A stretch of DNA of 64,000 nucleotides, taken from Chloroflexota bacterium (GTDB lineage: Bacteria > Chloroflexota > Dehalococcoidia > GIF9 > UBA5629). Below the pieces are notes generated by a model that ran no database searches, was not told where the DNA came from, and saw nothing but the letters and a program-made list of their open reading frames with translations. The translations under genes and the position numbers were made by a program. Below, one piece after another: positions 39,547-49,816 of this stretch; positions within the stretch are counted from its first letter, which is position 1, and the number at the start of each line of letters is the position of its first letter. The DNA is taken from assembly GCA_037443085.1 (NCBI GenBank), contig JBBIPA010000004.1, positions 15,353 through 79,352 of the forward strand. Reading direction: 5' to 3'.

Positions 39547-40773
39547 TTATACGGGAAGCTGTACCTCGCCCTTAACCCAGGGATGACCCTTCCGATCCAA
39601 GAATGCAATCAGTTCATCCACATTTTTGGCATCGTCTTCAGTAGCTATCTTATCAAACAAATCGGCGGGTATATCATCCTTGAACCGCTCCTTAATCTCC
39701 TTGGGCATCCAGACGCATCGCTTCAAGCCGCCATCAGCCTGGACGAACTTCGGCGAGCGCAGATATTCCAGTGAAATGCCCATGAAGCCTTCTACCTGCC
39801 GGCCACCGCTGGTGTCAGCTGCCATAGTGGAGAACGGTTTCCCGGTTACGGTATTGCCCACAAAATCGCGGTGGACGACGCCGAAGGCATCCACCTCTGG
39901 TATATAGAACCAGATTGCCTGGAAGCAACCGCAGGAAGTATGCGGATATTCAAAAGCGCTGTACAGATAAACGCGGGTATAGGCACCCATCGATTTCTCT
40001 GCTCCCAAATTATTAACGCCGGAAAATTCACCCCTCACCGGGTCAATAACATCGCCTTTTTTCACTTCCTGCACCGGTCCTTCGGGGTCCAGCTTGTAAG
40101 CAGCTCTGCCGTCAAACCAGCTTATGGCTCCGCAATTGGCCACCCTTTCCGGGGTTGCCACGCAGATATGAGTGGGAGCGAAGCTCTGGCATAGAGCGCA
40201 GCTATAAAATTCCTGGACATCCTCGTCCTTCAAGCCGCGGGCTCTCTCGTCCCTGGCTTTATAGACGGCTTTGGCTTTGGCCAGAAGCTCTTCAACCTTC
40301 TTTTCATCGGTGACAAAGGTTATGGAGATTTTCTCAATAACGTCCAGTTCTGAGGTATACAGGAACATCAGCATCTGGCCGAGGACATTAAAGGAATTGA
40401 GTCCTTTGCCATAAGCAGCCTTACCCAGCCTGATCCAGATTTCATCTCTCTGGTTCATGTGGTACAGACCTTCAATATAGTTGGCATAGAGGTGTATTCT
40501 GCGCTCGAATACAGGCTCCATGTCCTTTTCCAGCTTGGCTCCGGCAACATCGATCATCACGGCGAAGGAGTAGTTATCTCCTTCTTTAAGTTGATTGATA
40601 TCCGGGCCGATAACGTTTACCTTCTCGTGCTCCACTTCATCCATGTTCTTCAAAGTAACCAGCTCGAACTTCGACTTTGACTTGGGGCCGCCGAAATCGA
40701 CGTAAGCATCGGCTTTCCTGATTACTTCGCCTTCATACTGGGGACCAACATCTACCGGGAACATTCCTGCCAT
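39547..40773 (-). CDS. cdhC: Acetyl-CoA synthase catalytic subunit, short archaeal-type (CdhC/AcsB beta)
   Basis: 408 aa; A-cluster ligands including the Cys-Gly-Cys (HTSCGCF) and CALCQSFAPTHIC motifs. Confidence 0.75.
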   Translation of the reverse strand: MAGMFPVDVGPQYEGEVIRKADAYVDFGGPKSKSKFELVTLKNMDEVEHEKVNVIGPDINQLKEGDNYSFAVMIDVAGAKLEKDMEPVFERRIHLYANYIEGLYHMNQRDEIWIRLGKAAYGKGLNSFNVLGQMLMFLYTSELDVIEKISITFVTDEKKVEELLAKAKAVYKARDERARGLKDEDVQEFYSCALCQSFAPTHICVATPERVANCGAISWFDGRAAYKLDPEGPVQEVKKGDVIDPVRGEFSGVNNLGAEKSMGAYTRVYLYSAFEYPHTSCGCFQAIWFYIPEVDAFGVVHRDFVGNTVTGKPFSTMAADTSGGRQVEGFMGISLEYLRSPKFVQADGGLKRCVWMPKEIKERFKDDIPADLFDKIATEDDAKNVDELIAFLDRKGHPWVKGEVQLPV

Positions 40774-40780
40774 TTTGTTT

Positions 40781-41338
40781 TTATGCCTCCTTTTCCTTTA
40801 AATTAGCGATCAGTTTTTCCAGAAATTCCTTCCACTGCTCATCCTTTCGGTAGTTGGGAAGAGAATAGCTGGCATTGGGATAATAGAATTTGCACAGGGT
40901 CATGGTTTTCAGGTGCGGGGCAAAATGCTTCAGCGTGGACAATCCCTGCTCAGCAAGGTCAGTCCTGAAGCCGATGAACATCACCAGGTCATGATTGCCC
41001 TCTTTCTTGACCCCTTTCCAGGCCGGGTCCTTGAGATGGTTGATTATCTCAATGATGTCATAGCTGCTGGCGGGATCAACGCCCATCTCCATCAGCTTTT
41101 TCTTGGTATGAGCGGTAGCGCAGATAGGTATGTTCAAAGCCTTGGCTATCTCCAGCGCATATTCAATAATGGGCTTTCCCAGCAACGACCTGGTTACCGC
41201 CCAGCTACCAACTACCAGAAGCGGCCTGGTAGCCCGTTTGATCAGGTGTCCGTACTCTGCCGGGTCCTCGATGAGCTTGGAGTATTTGGTCCCCGTCATG
41301 GTGTTCACAGAGTGATAAGGGAGAACTGTAACTGCCAT
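40781..41338 (-). CDS. cdhB: CODH/ACS complex epsilon subunit (CdhB)
   Basis: 185 aa; size, Rossmann-like sequence and its position directly downstream of cdhA. Confidence 0.55.
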   Translation of the reverse strand: MAVTVLPYHSVNTMTGTKYSKLIEDPAEYGHLIKRATRPLLVVGSWAVTRSLLGKPIIEYALEIAKALNIPICATAHTKKKLMEMGVDPASSYDIIEIINHLKDPAWKGVKKEGNHDLVMFIGFRTDLAEQGLSTLKHFAPHLKTMTLCKFYYPNASYSLPNYRKDEQWKEFLEKLIANLKEKEA

Positions 41339-41388
41339 TTTAAACCTCCTTAATCTTTACTAAAGGATTTCATACTTTCTTTTCCCAT

Positions 41389-43698
41389 CTAGTGTACTAC
41401 AGCATCAATAGGAACTTCAGACGGATAGGTGCCGATGAGTGTGGGCAGGGTAAGAACCGGCTTCTCTTTCCAGCCGACCTTCTCCAGGTACGGCATTACC
41501 TCCTTCTTATAAAAGATAGGAATGTCGGAAGCCTTCCTGATAAACAGGTGCAGGTCATCGGGCAGAGTTCCCATATATTGCTTGTGCAAAGAAATGTAGT
41601 GGGTGAGCTTGAGCTGTCGTCCCTGAGGAGTATCGTTCTTCCTGATGCACAGCTTGGCCATGGTGACGATAGCTCTCTCCTTGGACTCCACCACGGTAAT
41701 CAGGTGCTCTGGAGACGGCTCTCCAGTATTCACCAGTTTCTTCTCACGTCCATCCATGACTGTCCAGTCATCTTCTTCCTTACGGCTGATAAACAACCGC
41801 CGATATTTGGCTGAATGCGGGCCGACCACCACAGGAATACCCATTCTGTTGCATCCAGTAGCGATGGTGGCCGCCTTCTGGGAGTAAGCGCCCCAGGCTA
41901 AACCGCAGGCGCCAACGCGGTTCAGGATATAGTCAGCGATAACCTCGTAGTTACCTCTTAGCGGTAATGTAGCAAAGATATTGGCCACCTTCATGGCAGC
42001 GCCGGTGATATGGGAATTGGCCACACAGGACCCGACGTTCAGAACGCCGCCGGCGTCAAAGGTGGGCGGGTATTTTTCATAGATGGTCTTGCCCTCAGCG
42101 TCCTTCTTCATACCAGCCGCCATCGCCGAACAACCGCTGAGCACCACAATGAATTTCCTCTTGGCGAACTCCTCGGCGATATCGGCCACTTCCCGGTAGT
42201 CCTCAGGGTAGTTAGAGCATCCCACGATGGCAATTATGCCGGGGATAGTGCCCAGAACAATGGGGGCACCCACTTTTCTGATCTCGGTATCGGTAATGGG
42301 CCCACGGCCTGACCTTATGTTAAATTCTTCCCAGCTAGCAGCAGCCTGCATCATGTGGAGGATAGGTACCTGACGCGGACATTCCTGAGCGCATTTGCCG
42401 CAGCCGATGCACTTGTTGAATACTTCAACCAGCGGCTGTAAATCGCCGTTCTTAGCAGCTTCGATAGCATCGCCTACGTGCAACAGATTGGGACAAGATT
42501 GGCTGCAGAGGTTGCATAGCCGGTGATTCTTCGCCATTTCCGGCACCTGCTCCTTGGTTACCAGTACCTTCTTTCGCTTCGGCGCTATTTCCAGGGCTAC
42601 TTTCACTATCACCTCAGCCGCTTTATCCGGGTCCAGAACCAATACCTGTTTACCCTGCCTGACCACATCCTCGACAATATGGTCGGCTTCCTGTTTGCTT
42701 ACATCGTCAAAGCCATAGCAGGTCTTGTCTGAAGTGGCAATTACTGCTGTACCCAATTTGGCAGCCTCAATAGGAACGTCAGTTCGGATGCACTGCTCAT
42801 CGGTAACAATAACGTCAGCAATACCGGTCCTGATGAACCAGAGTTGGCGAGACAATGGACCAATTACCTTTGCCCTGCTGCTGTATCTGGTCACCTCCAG
42901 AGAGGTGCAGCAGATACCGGCAACCTCCACCTTATCCTGCAAGCTGTTCTGGTTCAGGTAGTCAACAATGGGAATTGCCGTCACAGGGTTATGCCCGATT
43001 AAGCAAATGACCGGCTTGGTCCTGTCCACGGCACCCCAGCCCAGGCCAACTAGAGGAGTATCAGCTTTACAGGAGGGATAGCCGAAGCCCACAATCTGAG
43101 CGATATCGGCTACTTCCATAACTAGATGGTCGAGCATGGAAATATGGAAGGCTTTAGATTCATAGTCCAGGTTAGAGCCTTCATTACCCGTGTGCAGCGA
43201 GGAAACGACATGGATGAGCTGGCTCTCAGCATAGTCCATGACCTTTTCCAGGTCACCAAGAGTTTCTGGCTTTAGTCCCATGATGGTTCTGACATGGGGT
43301 GCTTCTACTAAAATCGCATCTCCAAGATTAATCTTGTAATCCCTGCCGAATTTCTCAATCATGTAGTGGAGCACATGGCGCGCATGGCCTCCATGTGCCG
43401 CCATGCCCATGCAGCAGGCTAATGCCACAATCCTCCCTTGCTGAGTGGCAATATCGATACCGCAAGCGCCCCTCCTATCCTGGGTGAGGTCGCATTTGCC
43501 GTAGGTACAGAAACAACACATGTCGCACATGGGGGCATAGAACGGCTTATAGGTCTTGAGCAATCTGCGGTCCCAGTTCCTTAAATCCGGCAACTCCGGC
43601 ATGGGAGTATGCCCCACCGGTTCCCAGTTGTCCTCAGCCCTGATGATTTCCTCAACCTGCTGCTTTCGTAAACTTTTCTTCTTTGCTGCTACTGCCAT
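41389..43698 (-). CDS. cdhA: Carbon monoxide dehydrogenase catalytic subunit, archaeal Cdh alpha type with inserted 2x[4Fe-4S] ferredoxin domain
   Basis: About 770 aa; N-terminal Cys-rich D/B-cluster region (CDMCCFCTYGKCDL), inserted CIGCGKCAQECP ferredoxin motifs, C-cluster region. The start was set at ATG 43698 after GGAGG. Confidence 0.8.
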   Translation of the reverse strand: MAVAAKKKSLRKQQVEEIIRAEDNWEPVGHTPMPELPDLRNWDRRLLKTYKPFYAPMCDMCCFCTYGKCDLTQDRRGACGIDIATQQGRIVALACCMGMAAHGGHARHVLHYMIEKFGRDYKINLGDAILVEAPHVRTIMGLKPETLGDLEKVMDYAESQLIHVVSSLHTGNEGSNLDYESKAFHISMLDHLVMEVADIAQIVGFGYPSCKADTPLVGLGWGAVDRTKPVICLIGHNPVTAIPIVDYLNQNSLQDKVEVAGICCTSLEVTRYSSRAKVIGPLSRQLWFIRTGIADVIVTDEQCIRTDVPIEAAKLGTAVIATSDKTCYGFDDVSKQEADHIVEDVVRQGKQVLVLDPDKAAEVIVKVALEIAPKRKKVLVTKEQVPEMAKNHRLCNLCSQSCPNLLHVGDAIEAAKNGDLQPLVEVFNKCIGCGKCAQECPRQVPILHMMQAAASWEEFNIRSGRGPITDTEIRKVGAPIVLGTIPGIIAIVGCSNYPEDYREVADIAEEFAKRKFIVVLSGCSAMAAGMKKDAEGKTIYEKYPPTFDAGGVLNVGSCVANSHITGAAMKVANIFATLPLRGNYEVIADYILNRVGACGLAWGAYSQKAATIATGCNRMGIPVVVGPHSAKYRRLFISRKEEDDWTVMDGREKKLVNTGEPSPEHLITVVESKERAIVTMAKLCIRKNDTPQGRQLKLTHYISLHKQYMGTLPDDLHLFIRKASDIPIFYKKEVMPYLEKVGWKEKPVLTLPTLIGTYPSEVPIDAVVH

Positions 43699-43778
43699 TA
43701 GATTAACCTCCTTTAATACCGTGAATTCAAGTAGTCTCACATTTGATTATAATAACATTAGGAATTATTATCAAAATA

Positions 43779-44684
43779 TTACAGCTTCCCTTCGATAACC
43801 TCCTTCATATATTTACAGCTATCGGGATGCCGCACTACCGCCAGATTAGCTCCGGCGAGAAGCAGGCTGACAGCTGCCACGCTCTCCCAGAGTATGCCCT
43901 GCTCCTTGCTCACCTTCGCCTGTTTGGTTTTCCAGTTTTCATTGCCCAGGTCAGCAATGACCGGCATCTGCATGGTGTTATCGCCGAACATAATGCCGAT
44001 GTGTTTGGTTCTCTCCATGATAGTAAAGCTATACTCCATGCCATAGCCCAGGGCTGAGCTCAACGGGTCAATCACAATCCTGTCCGGCGGTACGGTTTTC
44101 AGCAGCTTTACGTTCAATTCTTTTTCCAGATTAATGTCTATGGGAGTCTGAGCGATGATGCTGTGGCCGTGGTCTATAGCTGCCTTACTGATAGGCTCGA
44201 AGTTCTCCTTGACCACCGGGCCGATGAGCAGCTTCTCGCCAGAACAGGCCGCTGCCACCTGAGTCAAGACCTCAACATCCTTGGCCTCGTCACCGCAGCC
44301 GTAGATAATGACCGGCGCCTTTACCGAGTCCACCACTTTCTTCACCGTGGCGGCAGCCTTATCGGCTGAAGCATTGTTTCCCGCTGGATCGGTGCTCATT
44401 AGCCGGAGGCAAATTGAATCGGCGCCGTAGTCAAGAGCTTTCTTGGCCCAGGCAACCGGGTCCGCCAGCACGTCTTTATATGGTTCGCGCACCCATTCCG
44501 CCCAGCCTGCGGGGTCTATATCCCAGAGCTCCAGGGCAAGCTTGGGTCGATTTTGAATTGCTCCCTCAAAAAAATGAAAGGGAAGAACGCTCTCCCCTCC
44601 AATTTTTATAGCTTTATCACTCTTGCCGATGACCACCTCTGCCACTTTGCCACTATAGGTTTCTACCGGTGCTTTGTATTCCAT
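43779..44684 (-). CDS. acsD: Corrinoid iron-sulfur protein small subunit (AcsD/CdhD, delta)
   Basis: 301 aa TIM-barrel-like sequence; operon position between acsE and cdhA. Confidence 0.65.
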   Translation of the reverse strand: MEYKAPVETYSGKVAEVVIGKSDKAIKIGGESVLPFHFFEGAIQNRPKLALELWDIDPAGWAEWVREPYKDVLADPVAWAKKALDYGADSICLRLMSTDPAGNNASADKAAATVKKVVDSVKAPVIIYGCGDEAKDVEVLTQVAAACSGEKLLIGPVVKENFEPISKAAIDHGHSIIAQTPIDINLEKELNVKLLKTVPPDRIVIDPLSSALGYGMEYSFTIMERTKHIGIMFGDNTMQMPVIADLGNENWKTKQAKVSKEQGILWESVAAVSLLLAGANLAVVRHPDSCKYMKEVIEGKL

Positions 44685-44720
44685 GTGTCTACTCCTTATG
44701 CTAGATTTCTCTATAGAGTG

Positions 44721-45602
44721 CTACATTTCCAGCCAGGCATGGGAATAGAGCGTCTTGCCCGTGAGCACTTTAGCAGTCTTTACATAATCCTGTTCTTGTT
44801 TGGACAAAGAGGACAAGGGTATCTCCTCACCATCCATGGTTTTATAGATAAGGTCGACAATCTTGGGCATTTTCCCTTGGTTTAGGGCGATAAGCTCGGG
44901 GTCAAGAACATCGGCAATCGCCGAATACAGCCCCCGCCTGCCCAGCATCACCATATAGGTGCGGTTGAGAATGCCTCTGAGATGGTCCGGCGTGCCATTG
45001 GAGACATTTGACAAACCAATGGTCGATTTCACGCCCGGTAACAGGTCAGCCAGTATGGCGATAAAATCACCGGCTTCAGCGACCTGCTTCTGGTCGGCGC
45101 TGACCGGCAGGATAATGGGGTCAACCCAGATATCCTCATTGGGGATTCCCATTTCATTGGCCAGGGCTACCGTCTCCATGATGCTTTCCGTCCTGGAGTC
45201 GATATCCGGAGGGCAACCCTTGTCGGTAATAACCGATATCACCACGTCGGTATTATATTTCTTGGCTAAAGGAAGCATTTTCTCTTTGCTGACCGCTTTG
45301 CCTGAGGAAGAATTGAGCAGCGGCCGCTTCTTGGTGGCGGCTTTTAAACCAGCTTCCATGGCCACGGAGTTCAAGGTATCCACAGAAAGCGGTAAATCGG
45401 TAACTGCTTGAATGGTTTCCACCAGCCATCTGGTGGTTTCTTCGGGGTCTTTCTTGGCAGGGCCGAGGTTGATATCGATGTAGTCTGCTCCAGCAGCGGT
45501 TTGCTTTTTGGCTAAATCCTGGATAACCATGGGGTCACGGTTCTTGACTGCTTCATTTACGTCTTTGGAGATAATGTGGATGCTTTCGCCAATTAAAACC
45601 AT
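44721..45602 (-). CDS. acsE: Methyltetrahydrofolate:corrinoid/iron-sulfur protein methyltransferase (pterin-binding domain)
   Basis: 293 aa; pterin-binding (DHPS-like) barrel sequence (IGESIHII...GADYIDINLG...PLSVDTLN). Confidence 0.7.
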   Translation of the reverse strand: MVLIGESIHIISKDVNEAVKNRDPMVIQDLAKKQTAAGADYIDINLGPAKKDPEETTRWLVETIQAVTDLPLSVDTLNSVAMEAGLKAATKKRPLLNSSSGKAVSKEKMLPLAKKYNTDVVISVITDKGCPPDIDSRTESIMETVALANEMGIPNEDIWVDPIILPVSADQKQVAEAGDFIAILADLLPGVKSTIGLSNVSNGTPDHLRGILNRTYMVMLGRRGLYSAIADVLDPELIALNQGKMPKIVDLIYKTMDGEEIPLSSLSKQEQDYVKTAKVLTGKTLYSHAWLEM

Positions 45603-45981
45603 CTATGCCTCCTTAATTTTGTAGCGGTAACATACAAAAGGGGAGCTTGCATGCCCCCCCATTTCCCAACGGAAGCCAAAACCAACGGACATTGTACCAC
45701 TACTATCGCAAACGTGTCAAAACGCCCCACATTGCCCTTTAGACACGACCCCAGAAAAAAGCTTTTTTTTAAGCAGGAATTCTCGCAATAGCCGTTATCT
45801 GGATTGCGGAACGACCCTGGGTTTGCCTTTTATTTTGGCGAGTTATATGGTAAAATAAGAAATTGCAATACGTTGTATAATTCGACTTTGCCAACACTAT
45901 ATGTGGGACTTTAGACCACGACTGAAAGCCACTTTTCCCTAGCGTTTTGCCCGTCAAAAAATTTTTGTAGGACTGTAATCT

Positions 45982-47916
45982 ATGGCACAAGACGTAAATC
46001 ATAAGAACAACTCAGGAAACGGCTCGGAAAGCTACAGCGCTGAAGATATCCGCATACTGGACGGACTGGAAGCAGTGCGCAAGCGCCCGGGCATGTACAT
46101 CGGCAGCACTGACCAGCACGGGCTGCATCACCTGGTATACGAGATTGTGTACAACACCATTGATGAAGCCATGGCAGGTTTCTGCAGCAGAACCGAGGTC
46201 ATTATCCGCAAAGACAACTCGGTAACCGTTATAGATAACGGACGGGGCATTCCGGTGGATATTCACCCCGCCACCAAAAAATCTGCGCTGGAAGCAGTGA
46301 TGACCAAGCTGCACGCCGGAGCCAAATTTGGCGGCTCCAGCTATAGAGTTTCCAGCGGTTTACACGGCGTTGGTGCCTCAGTGGTAAATGCCCTCTCTTC
46401 CTGGCTCACTGTTGAAGTGAGACGCGATAGCAAAGCCTATTACCAAAAGTATCAGCGTGGCGTGCCGACGGCAGATGTAAAGGTGGTGGGCAATGCCACT
46501 GATACCGGCACCACGGTAACCTTCATGGCGGACTCTGAAATCTTCGGCGAAACTAACTACGACTTCAATATCCTTAGCCAGCGCATGAGAGAGCTTGCCT
46601 TCTTGAACAAGAATCTGGAGATATACTTCAAAGACGAGAGAAGCGACAAAGAGCTGACCTTCTTTTTCGAAGGTGGCATCGCCAGCCTGGTGAACCGTTT
46701 TAACAAAACCAGGCGCGTCCTGCACATCCAGCCTATCTACCTGTCGGGCAGCGTTAACAGCACGGTGGTGGAAACGGCACTGCAATATAACGACGGCTTT
46801 GCTGAGTTCATGCTCAGCTTTGCCAACTGCGTCAATACCATCGACGGAGGCAGTCATCTCACCGGCTTCCGCTCAGCTTTAACCCGTGTCCTCAACGACT
46901 ACGCACGAAAAAGCAAGCTGCTCAAAGAGTCCGAGCCTAACCTTATCGGTGAAGATGTCAGGGACGGTTTAACCGCGGTCATCAGTGTAAAGGTCACAGA
47001 GCCTCAGTTTGAAGGGCAAACCAAAGCCAAACTGGGCAATCCCGAGGTGAAAACTCATGTCGAGTCCGTAGTCGCCGAGGGCTTAACCGTTTACCTGGAG
47101 CAGCATCCCGACGCTGCCAAATCGATTATAGAGAAGTGCATCGTCTCTGCAAAAGCCAGGGAGGCAGCACGGAAAGCCCGTGACCTCATCTTCAAGAAGA
47201 GCGGATTTGAAGCCGGCACCCTTCCCGGAAAGCTGGCCGACTGCTCGGAGAAAAACCCCCAGGACTGCGAGCTGTACTTGGTCGAAGGTGATTCCGCCGG
47301 CGGCTCTGCCAAGCAGGGTCGCGACCGCCGCTTTCAGGCAATTCTACCCTTGCGCGGCAAGATTCTTAACGTGGAGAAGGCGGCAAAGGACAAGGTCTTC
47401 AGCCATGAAGAAATCAGGGCAATGATCACAGCACTGGGCGTTGGGATTGGCGAGCAGACCGACCTTTCCCGATTGCGCTATCATCGAATCATAATTATGA
47501 CTGATGCAGATGTCGACGGTGCTCACATCCGCACCCTGCTGCTCACTTTCTTCTATCGCAATACGCCTGAGCTTATTAGCCAGGGTCATCTCTATATTGC
47601 TCAACCTCCGCTGTACCGAATCAAGTCGGGCAAGCAGGAGTTCTGGATTTACTCGGATAAAGAGCGGGACGCCAAACTTAAAGAGCTGAAAAGCAATAAA
47701 ACAGAGGTGCAGCGCTACAAGGGTTTGGGCGAAATGAGTCCAGAGCAATTATGGCAGACTACCATGAACCCCACCTCTCGAACTCTGCTCAAGGTTGAGG
47801 TGGAAGACGCCATGGCAGCCGACTGGGTATTCCACATGCTCATGGGGAATGAAGTGCCACCGCGAAAATCATTTATCCAGGCTCATGCCAAAAGCGTGAA
47901 AAACCTGGATATCTAG
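45982..47916 (+). CDS. gyrB: DNA gyrase subunit B
   Basis: 644 aa; GHKL ATPase ([13 protein letters not shown]), TOPRIM (EGDSAGG), C-terminal GyrB tail. Confidence 0.95.
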   Translation: MAQDVNHKNNSGNGSESYSAEDIRILDGLEAVRKRPGMYIGSTDQHGLHHLVYEIVYNTIDEAMAGFCSRTEVIIRKDNSVTVIDNGRGIPVDIHPATKKSALEAVMTKLHAGAKFGGSSYRVSSGLHGVGASVVNALSSWLTVEVRRDSKAYYQKYQRGVPTADVKVVGNATDTGTTVTFMADSEIFGETNYDFNILSQRMRELAFLNKNLEIYFKDERSDKELTFFFEGGIASLVNRFNKTRRVLHIQPIYLSGSVNSTVVETALQYNDGFAEFMLSFANCVNTIDGGSHLTGFRSALTRVLNDYARKSKLLKESEPNLIGEDVRDGLTAVISVKVTEPQFEGQTKAKLGNPEVKTHVESVVAEGLTVYLEQHPDAAKSIIEKCIVSAKAREAARKARDLIFKKSGFEAGTLPGKLADCSEKNPQDCELYLVEGDSAGGSAKQGRDRRFQAILPLRGKILNVEKAAKDKVFSHEEIRAMITALGVGIGEQTDLSRLRYHRIIIMTDADVDGAHIRTLLLTFFYRNTPELISQGHLYIAQPPLYRIKSGKQEFWIYSDKERDAKLKELKSNKTEVQRYKGLGEMSPEQLWQTTMNPTSRTLLKVEVEDAMAADWVFHMLMGNEVPPRKSFIQAHAKSVKNLDI

Positions 47917-48527
47917 TCTGCCAGAGCGTAGCGGTACAGCTTCTGTTCCCTGATATAGCTGGCCACCTTATCGGGAACCAGCCCGCTGAGCGACAGGCCA
48001 TTCACCACACGATTCCTGATATCCGTAGAGCTAATAGCAACAGGAGCGATATCCAGCAGTATGGTGCTCTGTTTTATTCCGGGAACCAGTGCTTCTAGTG
48101 CCTCCAGATCGGGCTTGGTGCTGTCCGGTCTGGTGACAGCCACCAGCGAGCACATCTTCACCAGCGCCGCAGGATTATACCACTCGGGCAGTTCATTCAG
48201 GCTGTCCCAGCCAACAATAAGAAACAGCTTTGCCTGTGCTCCCAGCTTCTGCTGCAGTACCGCCAGTGTGTCCACGGTGTAGGAAGGACCACGGCGGTCT
48301 GCCTCAACTGTCGAGACCTCAAAGTAGGGCTTGTCAGCGATGGCAAGCTCCACCATTTTTATCCGGTGACTGGCTGGTGTAATTTCCCTGTCTGCCTTAA
48401 GCCAGGGCTGCCCCGCGGGAACAAAGATAACACGCCTGAGGCGGAGCCTTTGCCTAGCTTTCTCGGCAATAGCCAGATGTCCCAGATGAACGGGGTCGAA
48501 AGTGCCGCCCAGTATACCTGTTTTCAT
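47913..48527 (-). CDS. nadD: Nicotinate-nucleotide adenylyltransferase
   Basis: 204 aa; [11 protein letters not shown] (H/TxGH nucleotidyltransferase motif). Confidence 0.85.
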   Translation of the reverse strand: MKTGILGGTFDPVHLGHLAIAEKARQRLRLRRVIFVPAGQPWLKADREITPASHRIKMVELAIADKPYFEVSTVEADRRGPSYTVDTLAVLQQKLGAQAKLFLIVGWDSLNELPEWYNPAALVKMCSLVAVTRPDSTKPDLEALEALVPGIKQSTILLDIAPVAISSTDIRNRVVNGLSLSGLVPDKVASYIREQKLYRYALAD

Positions 48528-48528
48528 C

Positions 48529-49620
48529 TCAGTCCCGCCCTGTCCTCGGTTTCGGTCGAAATGTTTTTACCGACGCCTCGGTCTCCTCCACAGTAACCTC
48601 ACCAGTCTTTTCCAGCATGTCGTCAATGGCAGCTATCAGCTCTGTCACCCCCTGCCCGGTGGCCCCGGAAATGAAGTAAGCCTTTATGCCTTCGGACTTC
48701 AACAGGTCTTTGATTTCCAGCAGGCGGTCTTGCACCTCGGGCAGGTCTATCTTGTTTACCGCCACTACCTGAGGTTTTTGCACCATCGCTGGCTTGTAAA
48801 CCTCTAATTCTCTATTCAGCGTGCGTATGTCATCGATCAAATGTGGTGACGTGCCGTCAACCAGATGAAGCAGGACCCTGGTCCTTTCGGCGTGGCGCAA
48901 AAAGTCGTGACCCAGCCCCTTACCCAGGTGAGCACCCTCAATTAGACCGGGGATCTCTGCCAGAATAAAAGAGCTATCGCCCAAGCGAACCTCTCCCAGA
49001 ACAGGTTCAACTGTAGTAAAGGGATAGGCAGCCGCCTTCGGCCTAGCAGCAGAAACAGCAGCCAGCAGCGTCGACTTGCCCACGTTAGGATAGCCGATAA
49101 TACCCGCATCGGCGATGAGCTTGAGGTCCAGAATGAGCTGTGCCACTTCACCCGCTTCACCCTTCGTAGCTTTTCTAGGTGCCTGGTTTGTTGATGTGGC
49201 GAAATGTACATTCCCCAAACCACCTCTGCCGCCTTTGGCCACCAGAATCCTCTGCCCCTCCTGGCATAAATCAGCCAGGAATGTGTTTTCCCCACTTTCC
49301 ACTTTATCCACCACAGTTCCCAGAGGCACAGCAATTTCTACATCACCGCCTCGCCTGCCAAATTTCTTCTGACCGGCTCCGTTTTTACCTGCTTCCGCCT
49401 TGAACATCCTTTTATAGCGAAACAGGGATAGACTGTGAATACTTCTATTCGCTTTCACATATACATTCCCTCCCCTGCCACCATCTCCTCCATCAGGACC
49501 ACCCAGAGGCACGTATTTCTCATGCCTGAAGCTAATCGCTCCGTCACCCCCCTTGCCTGCCTTTACCATGATTTCCACTTTATTCACAGTATCCACCAAA
49601 GTCGATAATTTATAACCCAA
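48529..49620 (-). CDS. obgE: GTPase Obg/CgtA
   Basis: 363 aa; Gly-rich Obg fold N-terminus (GGPDGGDGGRGG), G-domain motifs GYPNVGKST, DIPG, NKID. Confidence 0.9.
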   Translation of the reverse strand: MGYKLSTLVDTVNKVEIMVKAGKGGDGAISFRHEKYVPLGGPDGGDGGRGGNVYVKANRSIHSLSLFRYKRMFKAEAGKNGAGQKKFGRRGGDVEIAVPLGTVVDKVESGENTFLADLCQEGQRILVAKGGRGGLGNVHFATSTNQAPRKATKGEAGEVAQLILDLKLIADAGIIGYPNVGKSTLLAAVSAARPKAAAYPFTTVEPVLGEVRLGDSSFILAEIPGLIEGAHLGKGLGHDFLRHAERTRVLLHLVDGTSPHLIDDIRTLNRELEVYKPAMVQKPQVVAVNKIDLPEVQDRLLEIKDLLKSEGIKAYFISGATGQGVTELIAAIDDMLEKTGEVTVEETEASVKTFRPKPRTGRD

Positions 49621-49816
49621 TATACTACATGATTTCAGTGCATTGTTCTAATAATAACTGATAGTAATTATTAGAGGTGAATAAGTTAAATTATCAATGA
49701 TTGGCTAAAAGGAAGAAGGGCCGAATTACTATATACGATGGGTTATCAACATTCAGGGAAGATGTTATAAACAGAGTCAAGAGGGGCTTTTACACATGGA
49801 ATACACAAGAAAGATA
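49621..49816. other. AT-rich intergenic region downstream of dnaA with DnaA-box-like 9-mers (candidate DUE/oriC component)
   Basis: Markedly AT-rich relative to the flanks; TTATCAACA, TTATCAATG and TTATAAACA are near matches to TTATCCACA. Confidence 0.3.
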
